Under the pieces are notes generated by a model, which did not search any database, was not told the origin of the DNA, and saw only the letters and a program-made list of their open reading frames with translations. A stretch of 64,000 nucleotides of DNA, taken from the NCBI GenBank assembly GCA_964057225.1, contig OZ059895.1, positions 19,654,001-19,718,000 of the forward strand, written 5' to 3'. The stretch's first letter is position 1, and each line of letters starts with the position of its first letter. This stretch comes from Auanema rhodensis. Taxonomy: Eukaryota > Animalia > Nematoda. Below are positions 39,701-53,400 of the stretch, piece by piece. The translations under genes were made by a program, and so were the position numbers.

Positions 39701-42700
39701 CACTTATATCCTCGATTTTCACCCTGAAGAATTAATTTTTTCGTTGAGTAACATTGTCCATCGTCTTTGCCTTAAAAAAAGGAATCTAAAAACATCTACT
39801 TTTTGATGAATTATTTTAAAATTTTTCGAAAAAATTTTTGTCAAAATGTTTTTGGAAGCAATGTTGAGTGTACATGGAAACTCAACATACACTAATGCAT
39901 CATTTTTCAAACGATCATAACTAATTTTTGTATTAAGCGTTTCTCAATGTAGTGTAGTGCATTCGATGCGGATTTTTAAGCTGCGTCGATCTGTGTTATC
40001 AGATTTGCGCTAGCTTAAAAATGCACCGAGATATCAACTGATATAAGTTCACACTTATATCCTCGATTTTCACCCTGAAGAATTAATTTTTTCGTTGAAT
40101 AACATTGTCCATCGTCTTTGCCTTAAAAAAAGGAATCTAAAAACATCTACTTTTTGATAAATTATTTTAAAATTTTTCGAAAAAATTTTTGTCAAAATGT
40201 TTTTGGAAGCAATGTTGAGTGTACATGGAAACTCAACATACACTAATGCATCATTTTTCAAACGATCATAACTAATTTTTCTATAAAGCGTTTCTCAATG
40301 TAGTATAGTGCATTCGATGCGGACTTTTAAGCTGCGTCGATCTGTGTTCTCAGATTTGCGCTAGCTTAAAAATGCACCGAGATATCAACTGATATAAGTT
40401 CACACTTATATCCTCGATTTTCACCCTGAAGAATTAATTTTTTCGTTGAATAACATTGTCCATCGTCTTTGCCTTAAAAAAAGGAATCTAAAAACATCTA
40501 CTTTTTGATGAATTATTTTAAAATTTTTCGAAAAAATTTTTGTCAAAATGTTTTTGGAAGCAATGTTGAGTGTACATGGAAACTCAACATACACTAATGC
40601 ATCATTTTTCAAACGATCATAACTAATTTTTGTATTAAGCGTTTCTCAATGTAGTGTAGTGCATTCGATGCGGATTTTTAAGCTGCGTCGATCTGTGTTA
40701 TCAGATTTGCGCTAGCTTAAAAATGCACCGAGATATCAACTGATATAAGTTCACACTTATATCCTCGATTTTCACCCTGAAGAATTAATTTTTTCGTTGA
40801 ATAACATTGTCCATCGTCTTTGCCTTAAAAAAAGGAATCTAAAAACATCTACTTTTTGATGAATTATTTTAAAATTTTTCGAAAAAATTTTTGTCAAAAT
40901 GTTTTTGGAAGCAATGTTGAGTGTACATGGAAACTCAACATACACTAATGCATCATTTTTCAAACGATCATAATTAATTTTTGTATTAAGCGTTTCTCAA
41001 TGTAGTGTAGTGCATTCGATGCGGATTTTTAAGCTGCGTCGATCTGTGTTATCAGATTTGCGCTAGCTTACAAATGCACCGAGATATCAACTGATATAAG
41101 TTCACACTTATATCCTCGATTTTCACCCTGAAGAATTAATTTTTTCGTTGAATAACATTGTCCATCGTCTTTGCCTTAAAAAAAGGAATCTAAAAACATC
41201 TACTTTTTGATGAATTATTTTAAAATTTTTCGAAAAAATTTTTGTCAAAATGTTTTTGGAAGCAATGTTGAGTGTACATGGAAACTCAACATACACTAAT
41301 GCATCATTTTTCAAACGATCATAACTAATTTTTGTATTAAGCGTTTCTCAATGTAGTGTAGTGCATTCGATGCGGATTTTTAAGCTGCGTCGATCTGTGT
41401 TATCAGATTTGCGCTAGCTTAAAAATGCACCGAGATATCAACTGATATAAGTTCACACTTATATCCTCGATTTTCACCCTGAAGAATTAATTTTTTCGTT
41501 GAATAACATTGTCCATCGTCTTTGCCTTAAAAAAAGGAATCTAAAAACATCTACTTTTTGATGAATTATTTTAAAATTTTTCGAAAAAATTTTTGTCAAA
41601 ATGTTTTTGGAAGCAATGTTGAGTGTACATGGAAACTCAACATACACTAATGCATCATTTTTCAAACGATCATAATTAATTTTTGTATTAAGCGTTTCTC
41701 AATGTAGTGTAGTGCATTCGATGCGGATTTTTAAGCTGCGTCGATCTGTGTTATCAGATTTGCGCTAGCTTAAAAATGCACCGAGATATCAACTGATATA
41801 AGTTCACACTTATATCCTCGATTTTCACCCTGAAGAATTAATTTTTTCGTTGAATAACATTGTCCATCGTCTTTGCCTTAAAAAAAGGAATCTAAAAACA
41901 TCTACTTTTTGATAAATTATTTTAAAATTTTTCGAAAAAATTTTTGTCAAAATGTTTTTGGAAGCAATGTTGAGTGTACATGGAAACTCAACATACACTA
42001 ATGCATCATTTTTCAAACGATCATAATTAATTTTTGTATTAAGCGTTTCTCAATGTAGTGTAGTGCATTCGATGCGGATTTTTAAGCTGCGTCGATCTGT
42101 GTTATCAGATTTGCGCTAGCTTAAAAATGCACCGAGATATCAACTGATATAAGTTCACACTTATATCCTCGATTTTCACCCTGAAGAATTAATTTTTTCG
42201 TTGAATAACATTGTCCATCGTCTTTGCCTTAAAAAAAGGAATCTAAAAACATCTACTTTTTGATAAATTATTTTAAAATTTTTCGAAAAAATTTTTGTCA
42301 AAATGTTTTTGGAAGCAATGTTGAGTGTACATGGAAACTCAACATACACTAATGCATAATTTTTCAAACGATCATAACTAATTTTTGTATTAAGCGTTTC
42401 TCAATGTAGTATAGTGCATTCGATGCGGATTTTTAAGCTGCGTCGATCTGTGTTATCAGATTTGCGCTAGCTTAAAAATGCACCGAGATATCAACTGATA
42501 TAAGTTCACACTTATATCCTCGATTTTCACCCTGAAGAATTAATTTTTTCGTTGAGTAACATTGTCCATCGTCTTTGCCTTAAAAAAAGGAATCTAAAAA
42601 CATCTACTTTTTGATAAATTATTTTAAAATTTTTCGAAAAAATTTTTGTCAAAATTTTTTTGGAAGCAATGTTGAGTGTACATGGAAACTCAACATACAC

Positions 42701-43425
42701 TAATGCATCATTTTTCAAACGATCATAACTAATTTTTCTATAAAGCGTTTCTCAATGTAGTATAGTGCATTCGATGCGGATTTGTAAGCTGCGTCGATCT
42801 GTGTTATCAGATTTGCGCTAGCTTAAAAATGCACCGAGATATCAACTGATATAAGTTCACACTTATATCCTCGATTTTCACCCTGAAGAATTAATTTTTT
42901 CGTTGAATAACATTGTCCATCGTCTTTGCCTTAAAAAAAGGAATCTAAAAACATCTACTTTTTGATAAATTATTTTAAAATTTTTCGAAAAAATTTTTGT
43001 CAAAATGTTTTTGGAAGCAATGTTGAGTGTACATGGAAACTCAACATACACTAATGCATCATTTTTCAAACGATCATAACTAATTTTTCTATAAAGCGTT
43101 TCTCAATGTAGTATAGTGCATTCGATGCGGATTTGTAAGCTGCGTCGATCTGTGTTATCAGATTTGCGCTAGCTTAAAAATGCACCGAGATATCAACTGA
43201 TATAAGTTCACACTTATATCCTCGATTTTCACCCTGAAGAATTGATTTTTTCGTTGAATAACATTGTCCATCGTCTTTGCCTTGAAAAAAGGAATCTAAA
43301 AACATCTACTTTTGCTAGATTATTGTGAAATTTCTCGAAAAAATTTTTGTCAAAATGTTTTTGGAAGCAATGTTGAGTGTACATGGAAACTCAACATACA
43401 CTAATGCATAATTTTTCAAACGATG
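36756..43425 (+). repeat. Region with three identical 124-bp out-of-register junctions defining a variable 8-11-monomer superunit
   Basis: caaacgat|gatataagtt at 37004/5, 39688/9 and 43424/5 (monomer pos 250 joined to pos 24). The same three monomer types follow each junction. Confidence 0.93.
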
Positions 43426-46400
43426 ATATAAGTTCACACTTATATCCTCGATTTTCACCCTGAAGAATTAATTTTTTCGTTGAGTAACATTGTCCATCGT
43501 CTTTGCCTTAAAAAAAGGAATCTAAAAACATCTACTTTTTGATGAATTATTTTAAAATTTTTCGAAAAAATTTTTGTCAAAATGTTTTTGGAAGCAATGT
43601 TGAGTGTACATGGAAACTCAACATACACTAATGCATCATTTTTCAAACGATCATAACTAATTTTTGTATTAAGCGTTTCTCAATGTAGTGTAGTGCATTC
43701 GATGCGGATTTTTAAGCTGCGTCGATCTGTGTTATCAGATTTGCGCTAGCTTAAAAATGCACCGAGATATCAACTGATATAAGTTCACACTTATATCCTC
43801 GATTTTCACCCTGAAGAATTAATTTTTTCGTTGAATAACATTGTCCATCGTCTTTGCCTTAAAAAAAGGAATCTAAAAACATCTACTTTTTGATAAATTA
43901 TTTTAAAATTTTTCGAAAAAATTTTTGTCAAAATGTTTTTGGAAGCAATGTTGAGTGTACATGGAAACTCAACATACACTAATGCATCATTTTTCAAACG
44001 ATCATAACTAATTTTTCTATAAAGCGTTTCTCAATGTAGTATAGTGCATTCGATGCGGACTTTTAAGCTGCGTCGATCTGTGTTCTCAGATTTGCGCTAG
44101 CTTAAAAATGCACCGAGATATCAACTGATATAAGTTCACACTTATATCCTCGATTTTCACCCTGAAGAATTAATTTTTTCGTTGAATAACATTGTCCATC
44201 GTCTTTGCCTTAAAAAAAGGAATCTAAAAACATCTACTTTTTGATGAATTATTTTAAAATTTTTCGAAAAAATTTTTGTCAAAATGTTTTTGGAAGCAAT
44301 GTTGAGTGTACATGGAAACTCAACATACACTAATGCATCATTTTTCAAACGATCATAACTAATTTTTGTATTAAGCGTTTCTCAATGTAGTGTAGTGCAT
44401 TCGATGCGGATTTTTAAGCTGCGTCGATCTGTGTTATCAGATTTGCGCTAGCTTAAAAATGCACCGAGATATCAACTGATATAAGTTCACACTTATATCC
44501 TCGATTTTCACCCTGAAGAATTAATTTTTTCGTTGAATAACATTGTCCATCGTCTTTGCCTTAAAAAAAGGAATCTAAAAACATCTACTTTTTGATAAAT
44601 TATTTTAAAATTTTTCGAAAAAATTTTTGTCAAAATGTTTTTGGAAGCAATGTTGAGTGTACATGGAAACTCAACATACACTAATGCATAATTTTTCAAA
44701 CGATCATAACTAATTTTTGTATTAAGCGTTTCTCAATGTAGTATAGTGCATTCGATGCGGATTTTTAAGCTGCGTCGATCTGTGTTATCAGATTTGCGCT
44801 AGCTTAAAAATGCACCGAGATATCAACTGATATAAGTTCACACTTATATCCTCGATTTTCACCCTGAAGAATTAATTTTTTCGTTGAGTAACATTGTCCA
44901 TCGTCTTTGCCTTAAAAAAAGGAATCTAAAAACATCTACTTTTTGATAAATTATTTTAAAATTTTTCGAAAAAATTTTTGTCAAAATGTTTTTGGAAGCA
45001 ATGTTGAGTGTACATGGAAACTCAACATACACTAATGCATCATTTTTTAAACGATCATAACTGATTTTTCTATTAAGCGTTTCTCAATGTAGTATAGTGC
45101 ATTCGATGCGGATTTTTAAGCTGCGTCGATCTGTGTTATCAGATTTGCGCTAGCTTAAAAATGCACCGAGATATCAACTGATATAAGTTCACACTTATAT
45201 CCTCGATTTTCACCCTGAAGAATTAATTTTTTCGTTGAGTAACATTGTCCATCGTCTTTGCCTTAAAAAAAGGAATCTAAAAACATCTACTTTTTGATAA
45301 ATTATTTTAAAATTTTTCGAAAAAATTTTTGTCAAAATGTTTTTGGAAGCAATGTTGAGTGTACATGGAAACTCAACATACACTAATGCATCATTTTTTA
45401 AACGATCATAACTAATTTTTTTATTTAGCGTTTTTCAATGTAGTATAGTGCATTCGATGCGGATTTTTAAGCTGCGTCGATCTGTGTTATCAGATTTGCG
45501 CTAGCTTAAAAATGCACCGAGATATCAACTGATATAAGTTCACACTTATATCCTCGATTTTCACCCTGAAGAATTAATTTTTTCGTTGAATAACATTGTC
45601 CATCGTCTTTGCCTTAAAAAAAGGAATCTAAAAACATCTACTTTTTGATAAATTATTTTAAAATTTTTCGAAAAAATTTTTGTCAAAATGTTTTTGGAAG
45701 CAATGTTGAGTGTACATGGAAACTCAACATACACTAATGCATAATTTTTCAAACGATCATAACTAATTTTTGTATTAAGCGTTTCTCAATGTAGTATAGT
45801 GCATTCGATGCGGATTTTTAAGCTGCGTCGATCTGGGTTATCAGATTTGCGCTAGCTTAAAAATGCACCGAGATATCAACTGATATAAGTTCACACTTAT
45901 ATCCTCGATTTTCACCCTGAAGAATTAATTTTTTCGTTGAGTAACATTGTCCATCGTCTTTGCCTTAAAAAAAGGAATCTAAAAACATCTACTTTTTGAT
46001 AAATTATTTTAAAATTTTTCGAAAAAATTTTTGTCAAAATGTTTTTGGAAGCAATGTTGAGTGTACATGGAAAATCAACATACACTAATGCATCATTTTT
46101 TAAACGATCATAACTGATTTTTCTATTAAGCGTTTCTCAATGTAGTATAGTGCATTCGATGCGGATTTTTAAGCTGCGTCGATCTGTGTTATCAGATTTG
46201 CGCTAGCTTAAAAATGCACCGAGATATCAACTGATATAAGTTCACACTTATATCCTCGATTTTCACCCTGAAGAATTAATTTTTTCGTTGAGTAACATTG
46301 TCCATCGTCTTTGCCTTAAAAAAAGGAATCTAAAAACATCTACTTTTTGATAAATTATTTTAAAATTTTTCGAAAAAATTTTTGTCAAAATGTTTTTGGA

Positions 46401-49294
46401 AGCAATGTTGAGTGTACATGGAAACTCAACATACACTAATGCATCATTTTTTAAACGATCATAACTAATTTTTTTATTAAGCGTTTTTCAATGTAGTATA
46501 GTGCATTCGATGCGGATTTTTAAGCTGCGTCGATCTGTGTTATCAGATTTGCGCTAGCTTAAAAATGCACCGAGATATCAACTGATATAAGTTCACACTT
46601 ATATCCTCGATTTTCACCCTGAAGAATTAATTTTTTCGTTGAATAACATTGTCCATCGTCTTTGCCTTGAAAAAAGGAATCTAAAAACATCTACTTTTTG
46701 ATAAATTATTTTAAAATTTTTCGAAAAAATTTTTGTCAAAATGTTTTTGGAAGCAATGTTGAGTGTACATGGAAACTCAACATACACTAATGCATCATTT
46801 TTCAAACGATCATAACTAATTTTTCTATAAAGCGTTTCTCAATGTAGTATAGTGCATTCGATGCGGATTTTTAAGCTGCGTCGATCTGTGTTATCAGATT
46901 TGCGCTAGCTTAAAAATGCACCGAGATATCAACTGATATAAGTTCACACTTATATCCTCGATTTTCACCCTGAAGAATTAATTTTTTCGTTGAGTAACAT
47001 TGTCCATCGTCTTTGCCTTAAAAAAAGGAATCTAAAAACATCTACTTTTTGATAAATTATTTTAAAATTTTTCGAAAAAATTTTTGTCAAAATGTTTTTG
47101 GAAGCAATGTTGAGTGTACATGGAAACTCAACATACACTAATGCATCATTTTTTAAACGATCATAACTAATTTTTGTATTAAGCGTTTCTCAATGTAGTA
47201 TAGTGCATTCGATGCGGATTTTTAAGCTGCGTCGATCTGTGTTATCAGATTTGCGCTAGCTTAAAAATGCACCGAGATATCAACTGATATAAGTTCACAC
47301 TTATATCCTCGATTTTCACCCTGAAGAATTAATTTTTTCGTTGAGTAACATTGTCCATCGTCTTTGCCTTAAAAAAAGGAATCTAAAAACATCTACTTTT
47401 TGATAAATTACTTTAAAATTTTTCGAAAAAATTTTTGTCAAAATGTTTTTGGAAGCAATGTTGAGTGTACATGGAAACTCAACATACACTAATGCATCAT
47501 TTTTTAAACGATCATAACTAATTTTTGTATTAAGCGTTTCTCAATGTAGTATAGTGCATTCGATGCGGATTTTTAAGCTGCGTCGATCTGTGTTATCAGA
47601 TTTGCGCTAGCTTAAAAATGCACCGAGATATCAACTGATATAAGTTCACACTTATATCCTCGATTTTCACCCTGAAGAATTAATTTTTTCGTTGAGTAAC
47701 ATTGTCCATCGTCTTTGCCTTAAAAAAAGGAATCTAAAAACATCTACTTTTTGATAAATTACTTTAAAATTTTTCGAAAAAATTTTTGTCAAAATGTTTT
47801 TGGAAGCAATGTTGAGTGTACATGGAAACTCAACATACACTAATGCATCATTTTTTAAACGATCATAACTAATTTTTGTATTAAGCGTTTCTCAATGTAG
47901 TGTAGTGCATTCGATGCGGATTTTTAAGCTGCGTCGATCTGTGTTATCAGATTTGCGCTAGCTTAAAAATGCACCGAGATATCAACTGATATAAGTTCAC
48001 ACTTATATCCTCGATTTTCACCCTGAAGAATTAATTTTTTCGTTGAATAACATTGTCCATCGTCTTTGCCTTAAAAAAAGGAATCTAAAAACATCTACTT
48101 TTTGATAAATTATTTTAAAATTTTTCGAAAAAATTTTTGTCAAAATGTTTTTGGAAGCAATGTTGAGTGTACATGGAAACTCAACATACACTAATGCATC
48201 ATTTTTCAAACGATCATAACTAATTTTTGTATTAAGCGTTTCTCAATGTAGTGTAGTGCATTCGATGCGGATTTTTAAGCTGCGTCGATCTGTGTTATCA
48301 GATTTGCGCTAGCTTAAAAATGCACCGAGATATCAACTGATATAAGTTCACACTTATATCCTCGATTTTCACCCTGAAGAATTAATTTTTTCGTTGAATA
48401 ACATTGTCCATCGTCTTTGCCTTAAAAAAAGGAATCTAAAAACATCTACTTTTTGATAAATTATTTTAAAATTTTTCGAAAAAATTTTTGTCAAAATGTT
48501 TTTGGAAGCAATGTTGAGTGTACATGGAAACTCAACATACACTAATGCATAATTTTTCAAACGATCATAACTAATTTTTGTATTAAGCGTTTCTCAATGT
48601 AGTATAGTGCATTCGATGCCGATTTTTAAGCTGCGTCGATCTGTGTTATCAGATTTGCGCTAGCTTAAAAATGCACCGAGATATCAACTGATATAAGTTC
48701 ACACTTATATCCTCGATTTTCAACCTGAAGAATTAATTTTTTCGTTGAGTAACATTGTCCATCGTCTTTGCCTTAAAAAAAGGAATCTAAAAACATCTAC
48801 TTTTTGATAAATTATTTTAAAATTTTTCGAAAAAATTTTTGTCAAAATGTTTTTGGAAGCAATGTTGAGTGTACATGGAAACTCAACATACACTAATGCA
48901 TCATTTTTCAAACGATCATAACTAATTTTTGTATTAAGCGTTTCTCAATGTAGTGTAGTGCATTCGATGCGGATTTTTAAGCTGCGTCGATCTGTGTTAT
49001 CAGATTTGCGCTAGCTTAAAAATGCACCGAGATATCAACTGATATAAGTTCACACTTATATCCTCGATTTTCACCCTGAAGAATTAATTTTTTCGTTGAA
49101 TAACATTGTCCATCGTCTTTGCCTTAAAAAAAGGAATCTAAAAACATCTACTTTTTGATAAATTATTTTAAAATTTTTCGAAAAAATTTTTGTCAAAATG
49201 TTTTTGGAAGCAATGTTGAGTGTACATGGAAACTCAACATACACTAATGCATCATTTTTCAAACGATCATAACTAATTTTTGTATTAAGCGTTT

Positions 49295-49361
49295 CTCAAT
49301 GTAGTGTAGTGCATTCGATGCGCTCAATGTAGTGTAGTGCATTCGATGCGCATTAGAGCTT
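49295..49361 (+). repeat. Unique complex indel: 28-bp tandem duplication + 6-bp insert replacing 41 bp (344-bp monomer)
   Basis: ctcaatgtagtgtagtgcattcgatgcg x2 (49295-49322, 49323-49350), then cattag, then agcttaaaaat. The net -7 bp matches the ORF spacing of 695. Confidence 0.95.
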
Positions 49362-50414
49362 AAAAATGCACCGAGATATCAACTGATATAAGTTCACACT
49401 TATATCCTCGATTTTCACCCTGAAGAATTAATTTTTTCGTTGAATAACATTGTCCATCGTCTTTGCCTTGAAAAAAGGAATCTAAAAACATCTACTTTTC
49501 GCTAAATTATATTGAAATTTTTCGAAAAAATTTTTGTCAAAATGTTTTTGGAAGCAATGTTGAGTGTACATGGAAACTCAACATACACTAATGCATCATT
49601 TTTCAAACGATCATAACTAATTTTTCTATAAAGCGTTTCTCAATTTAGTATAGTGCATTCGATGCGGAATTTTAAGCTGCGTCGATCTGTGTTATCAGAT
49701 TTGCGCTAGCTTAAAAATGCACCGAGATATCAACTGATATAAGTTCACACTTATATCCTCGATTTTCACCCTGAAGAATTAATTTTTTCGTTGAGTAACA
49801 TTGTCCATCGTCTTTGCCTTAAAAAAAGGAATCTAAAAACATCTACTTTTTGATAAATTACTTTAAAATTTTTCGAAAAAATTTTTGTCAAAATGTTTTT
49901 GGAAGCAATGTTGAGTGTACATGGAAACTCAACATACACTAATGCATCATTTTTCAAACGATCATAACTAATTTTTGTATTAAGCGTTTCTCAATGTAGT
50001 GTAGTGCATTCGATGCGGATTTTTAAGCTGCGTCGATCTGTGTTATCAGATTTGCGCTAGCTTAAAAATGCACCGAGATATCAACTGATATAAGTTCACA
50101 CTTATATCCTCGATTTTCACCCTGAAGAATTAATTTTTTCGTTGAATAACATTGTCCATCGTCTTTGCCTTAAAAAAAGGAATCTAAAAACATCTACTTT
50201 TTGATAAATTATTTTAAAATTTTTCGAAAAAATTTTTGTCAAAATGTTTTTGGAAGCAATGTTGAGTGTACATGGAAACTCAACATACACTAATGCATCA
50301 TTTTTCAAACGATCATAACTAATTTTTTTATTAAGCGTTTCTCAATTTAGTATAGTGCATTCGATGCGGAATTTTAAGCTGCGTCGATCTGTGTTATCAG
50401 ATTTGCGCTAGCTT

Positions 50415-53400
50415 AAAAATGCACCGAGATATCAACTGATATAAGTTCACACTTATACCCTCGATTTTCACCCTGAAGAATTGATTTTTTCGTTGAATCA
50501 CATTGTCCATCGTCTTTGCCTTGAAAAAAGGAATCTAAAAACATCTACTTTTCGATAAATTATTTTAAAATGTTTCGAAAAAATTTTTGTCAAAATGTTT
50601 TTGGAAGCAATGTTGAGTGTACATGGAAACTCAACATACACTAATGCATCATTTTTCAAACGATCATAACTAATTTTTCTATAAAGCGTTTCTCAATGTA
50701 GTATAGTGCATTCGATGCGGATTTTTAAGCGGCGTCGATCTGTGTTATCAGATTTGCGCTAGCTTAAAAATGCACCGAGATATCAACTGATATAAGTTCA
50801 CACTTATATCCTCGATTTTCACCCTGAAGAATTAATTTTTTCGTTGAATAACATTGTCCATCGTCTTTGCCTTAAAAAAAGGAATCTAAAAACATCTACT
50901 TTTTGATAAATTATTTTAAAACTTTTCGAAAAAATTTTTGTCAAAATGTTTTTGGAAGCAATGTTGAGTGTACATGGAAACTCAACATACACTAATGCAT
51001 CATTTTTTAAACGATCATAACTAATTTTTTTATTAAGCGTTTTTCAATGTAGTATAGTGCATTCGATGCGGATTTTTAAGCTGCGTCGATCTGTGTTATC
51101 AGATTTGCGCTAGCTTAAAAATGCACCGAGATATCAACTGATATAAGTTCACACTTATATCCTCGATTTTCACCCTGAAGAATTAATTTTTTCGTTGAAT
51201 AACATTGTCCATCGTCTTTGCCTTGAAAAAAGGAATCTAAAAACATCTACTTTTCGCTAAATTATATTGAAATTTTTCGAAAAAATTTTTGTCAAAATGT
51301 TTTTGGAAGCAATGTTGAGTGTACATGGAAACTCAACATACACTAATGCATCATTTTTCAAACGATCATAACTAATTTTTCTATAAAGCGTTTCTCAATT
51401 TAGTATAGTGCATTCGATGCGGAATTTTAAGCTGCGTCGATCTGTGTTATCAGATTTGCGCTAGCTTAAAAATGCACCGAGATATCAACTGATATAAGTT
51501 CACACTTATACCCTCGATTTTCACCCTGAAGAATTGATTTTTTCGTTGAATCACATTGTCCATCGTCTTTGCCTTGAAAAAAGGAATCTAAAAACATCTA
51601 CTTTTCGATAAATTATTTTAAAATGTTTCGAAAAAATTTTTGTCAAAATGTTTTTGGAAGCAATGTTGAGTGTACATGGAAACTCAACATACACTAATGC
51701 ATCATTTTTCAAACGATCATAACTAATTTTTCTATAAAGCGTTTCTCAATGTAGTATAGTGCATTCGATGCGGATTTTTAAGCGGCGTCGATCTGTGTTA
51801 TCAGATTTGCGCTAGCTTAAAAATGCACCGAGATATCAACTGATATAAGTTCACACTTATATCCTCGATTTTCACCCTGAAGAATTAATTTTTTCGTTGA
51901 ATAACATTGTCCATCGTCTTTGCCTTAAAAAAAGGAATCTAAAAACATCTACTTTTTGATAAATTATTTTAAAATTTTTCGAAAAAATTTTTGTCAAAAT
52001 GTTTTTGGAAGCAATGTTGAGTGTACATGGAAACTCAACATACACTAATGCATCATTTTTTAAACGATCATAACTAATTTTTTTATTAAGCGTTTTTCAA
52101 TGTAGTATAGTGCATTCGATGCGGATTTTTAAGCTGCGTCGATCTGTGTTATCAGATTTGCGCTAGCTTAAAAATGCACCGAGATATCAACTGATATAAG
52201 TTCACACTTATATCCTCGATTTTCACCCTGAAGAATTAATTTTTTCGTTGAATAACATTGTCTATCGTCTTTGCCTTGAAAAAAGGAATCTAAAAACATC
52301 TACTTTTCGCTAAATTATATTGAAATTTTTCGAAAAAATTTTTGTCAAAATGTTTTTGGAAGCAATGTTGAGTGTACATGGAAACTCAACATACACTAAT
52401 GCATCATTTTTCAAACGATCATAACTAATTTTTCTATAAAGCGTTTCTCAATGTAGTATAGTGCATTCGATGCGGATTTTTAAGCGGCGTCGATCTGTGT
52501 TATCAGATTTGCGCTAGCTTAAAAATGCACCGAGATATCAACTGATATAAGTTCACACTTATATCCTCGATTTTCACCCTGAAGAATTAATTTTTTCGTT
52601 GAATAACATTGTCCATCGTCTTTGCCTTAAAAAAAGGAATCTAAAAACATCTACTTTTTGATAAATTATTTTAAAATTTTTCGAAAAAATTTTTGTCAAA
52701 ATGTTTTTGGAAGCAATGTTGAGTGTACATGGAAACTCAACATACACTAATGCATCATTTTTTAAACGATCATAACTAATTTTTTTATTAAGCGTTTTTC
52801 AATGTAGTATAGTGCATTCGATGCGGATTTTTAAGCTGCGTCGATCTGTGTTATCAGATTTGCGCTAGCTTAAAAATGCACCGAGATATCAACTGATATA
52901 AGTTCACACTTACATCCTCGATTTTCACCCTGAAGAATTAATTTTTTCGTTGAATAACATTGTCCATCGTCTTTGCCTTGAAAAAAGGAATCTAAAAACA
53001 TCTACTTTTCGCTAAATTATATTGAAATTTTTCGAAAAAATTTTTGTCAAAATGTTTTTGGAAGCAATGTTGAGTGTACATGGAAACTCAACATACACTA
53101 ATGCATCATTTTTCAAACGATCATAACTAATTTTTCTATAAAGCGTTTCTCAATTTAGTATAGTGCATTCGATGCGGAATTTTAAGCTGCGTCGATCTGT
53201 GTTATCAGATTTGCGCTAGCTTAAAAATGCACCGAGATATCAACTGATATAAGTTCACACTTATACCCTCGATTTTCACCCTGAAGAATTGATTTTTTCG
53301 TTGAATCACATTGTCCATCGTCTTTGCCTTGAAAAAAGGAATCTAAAAACATCTACTTTTCGATAAATTATTTTAAAATGTTTCGAAAAAATTTTTGTCA

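Noticed and set aside
39492-39722. Extended 76-aa ORF
   Set aside because: By-product of the 124-bp junction fusing two monomers.
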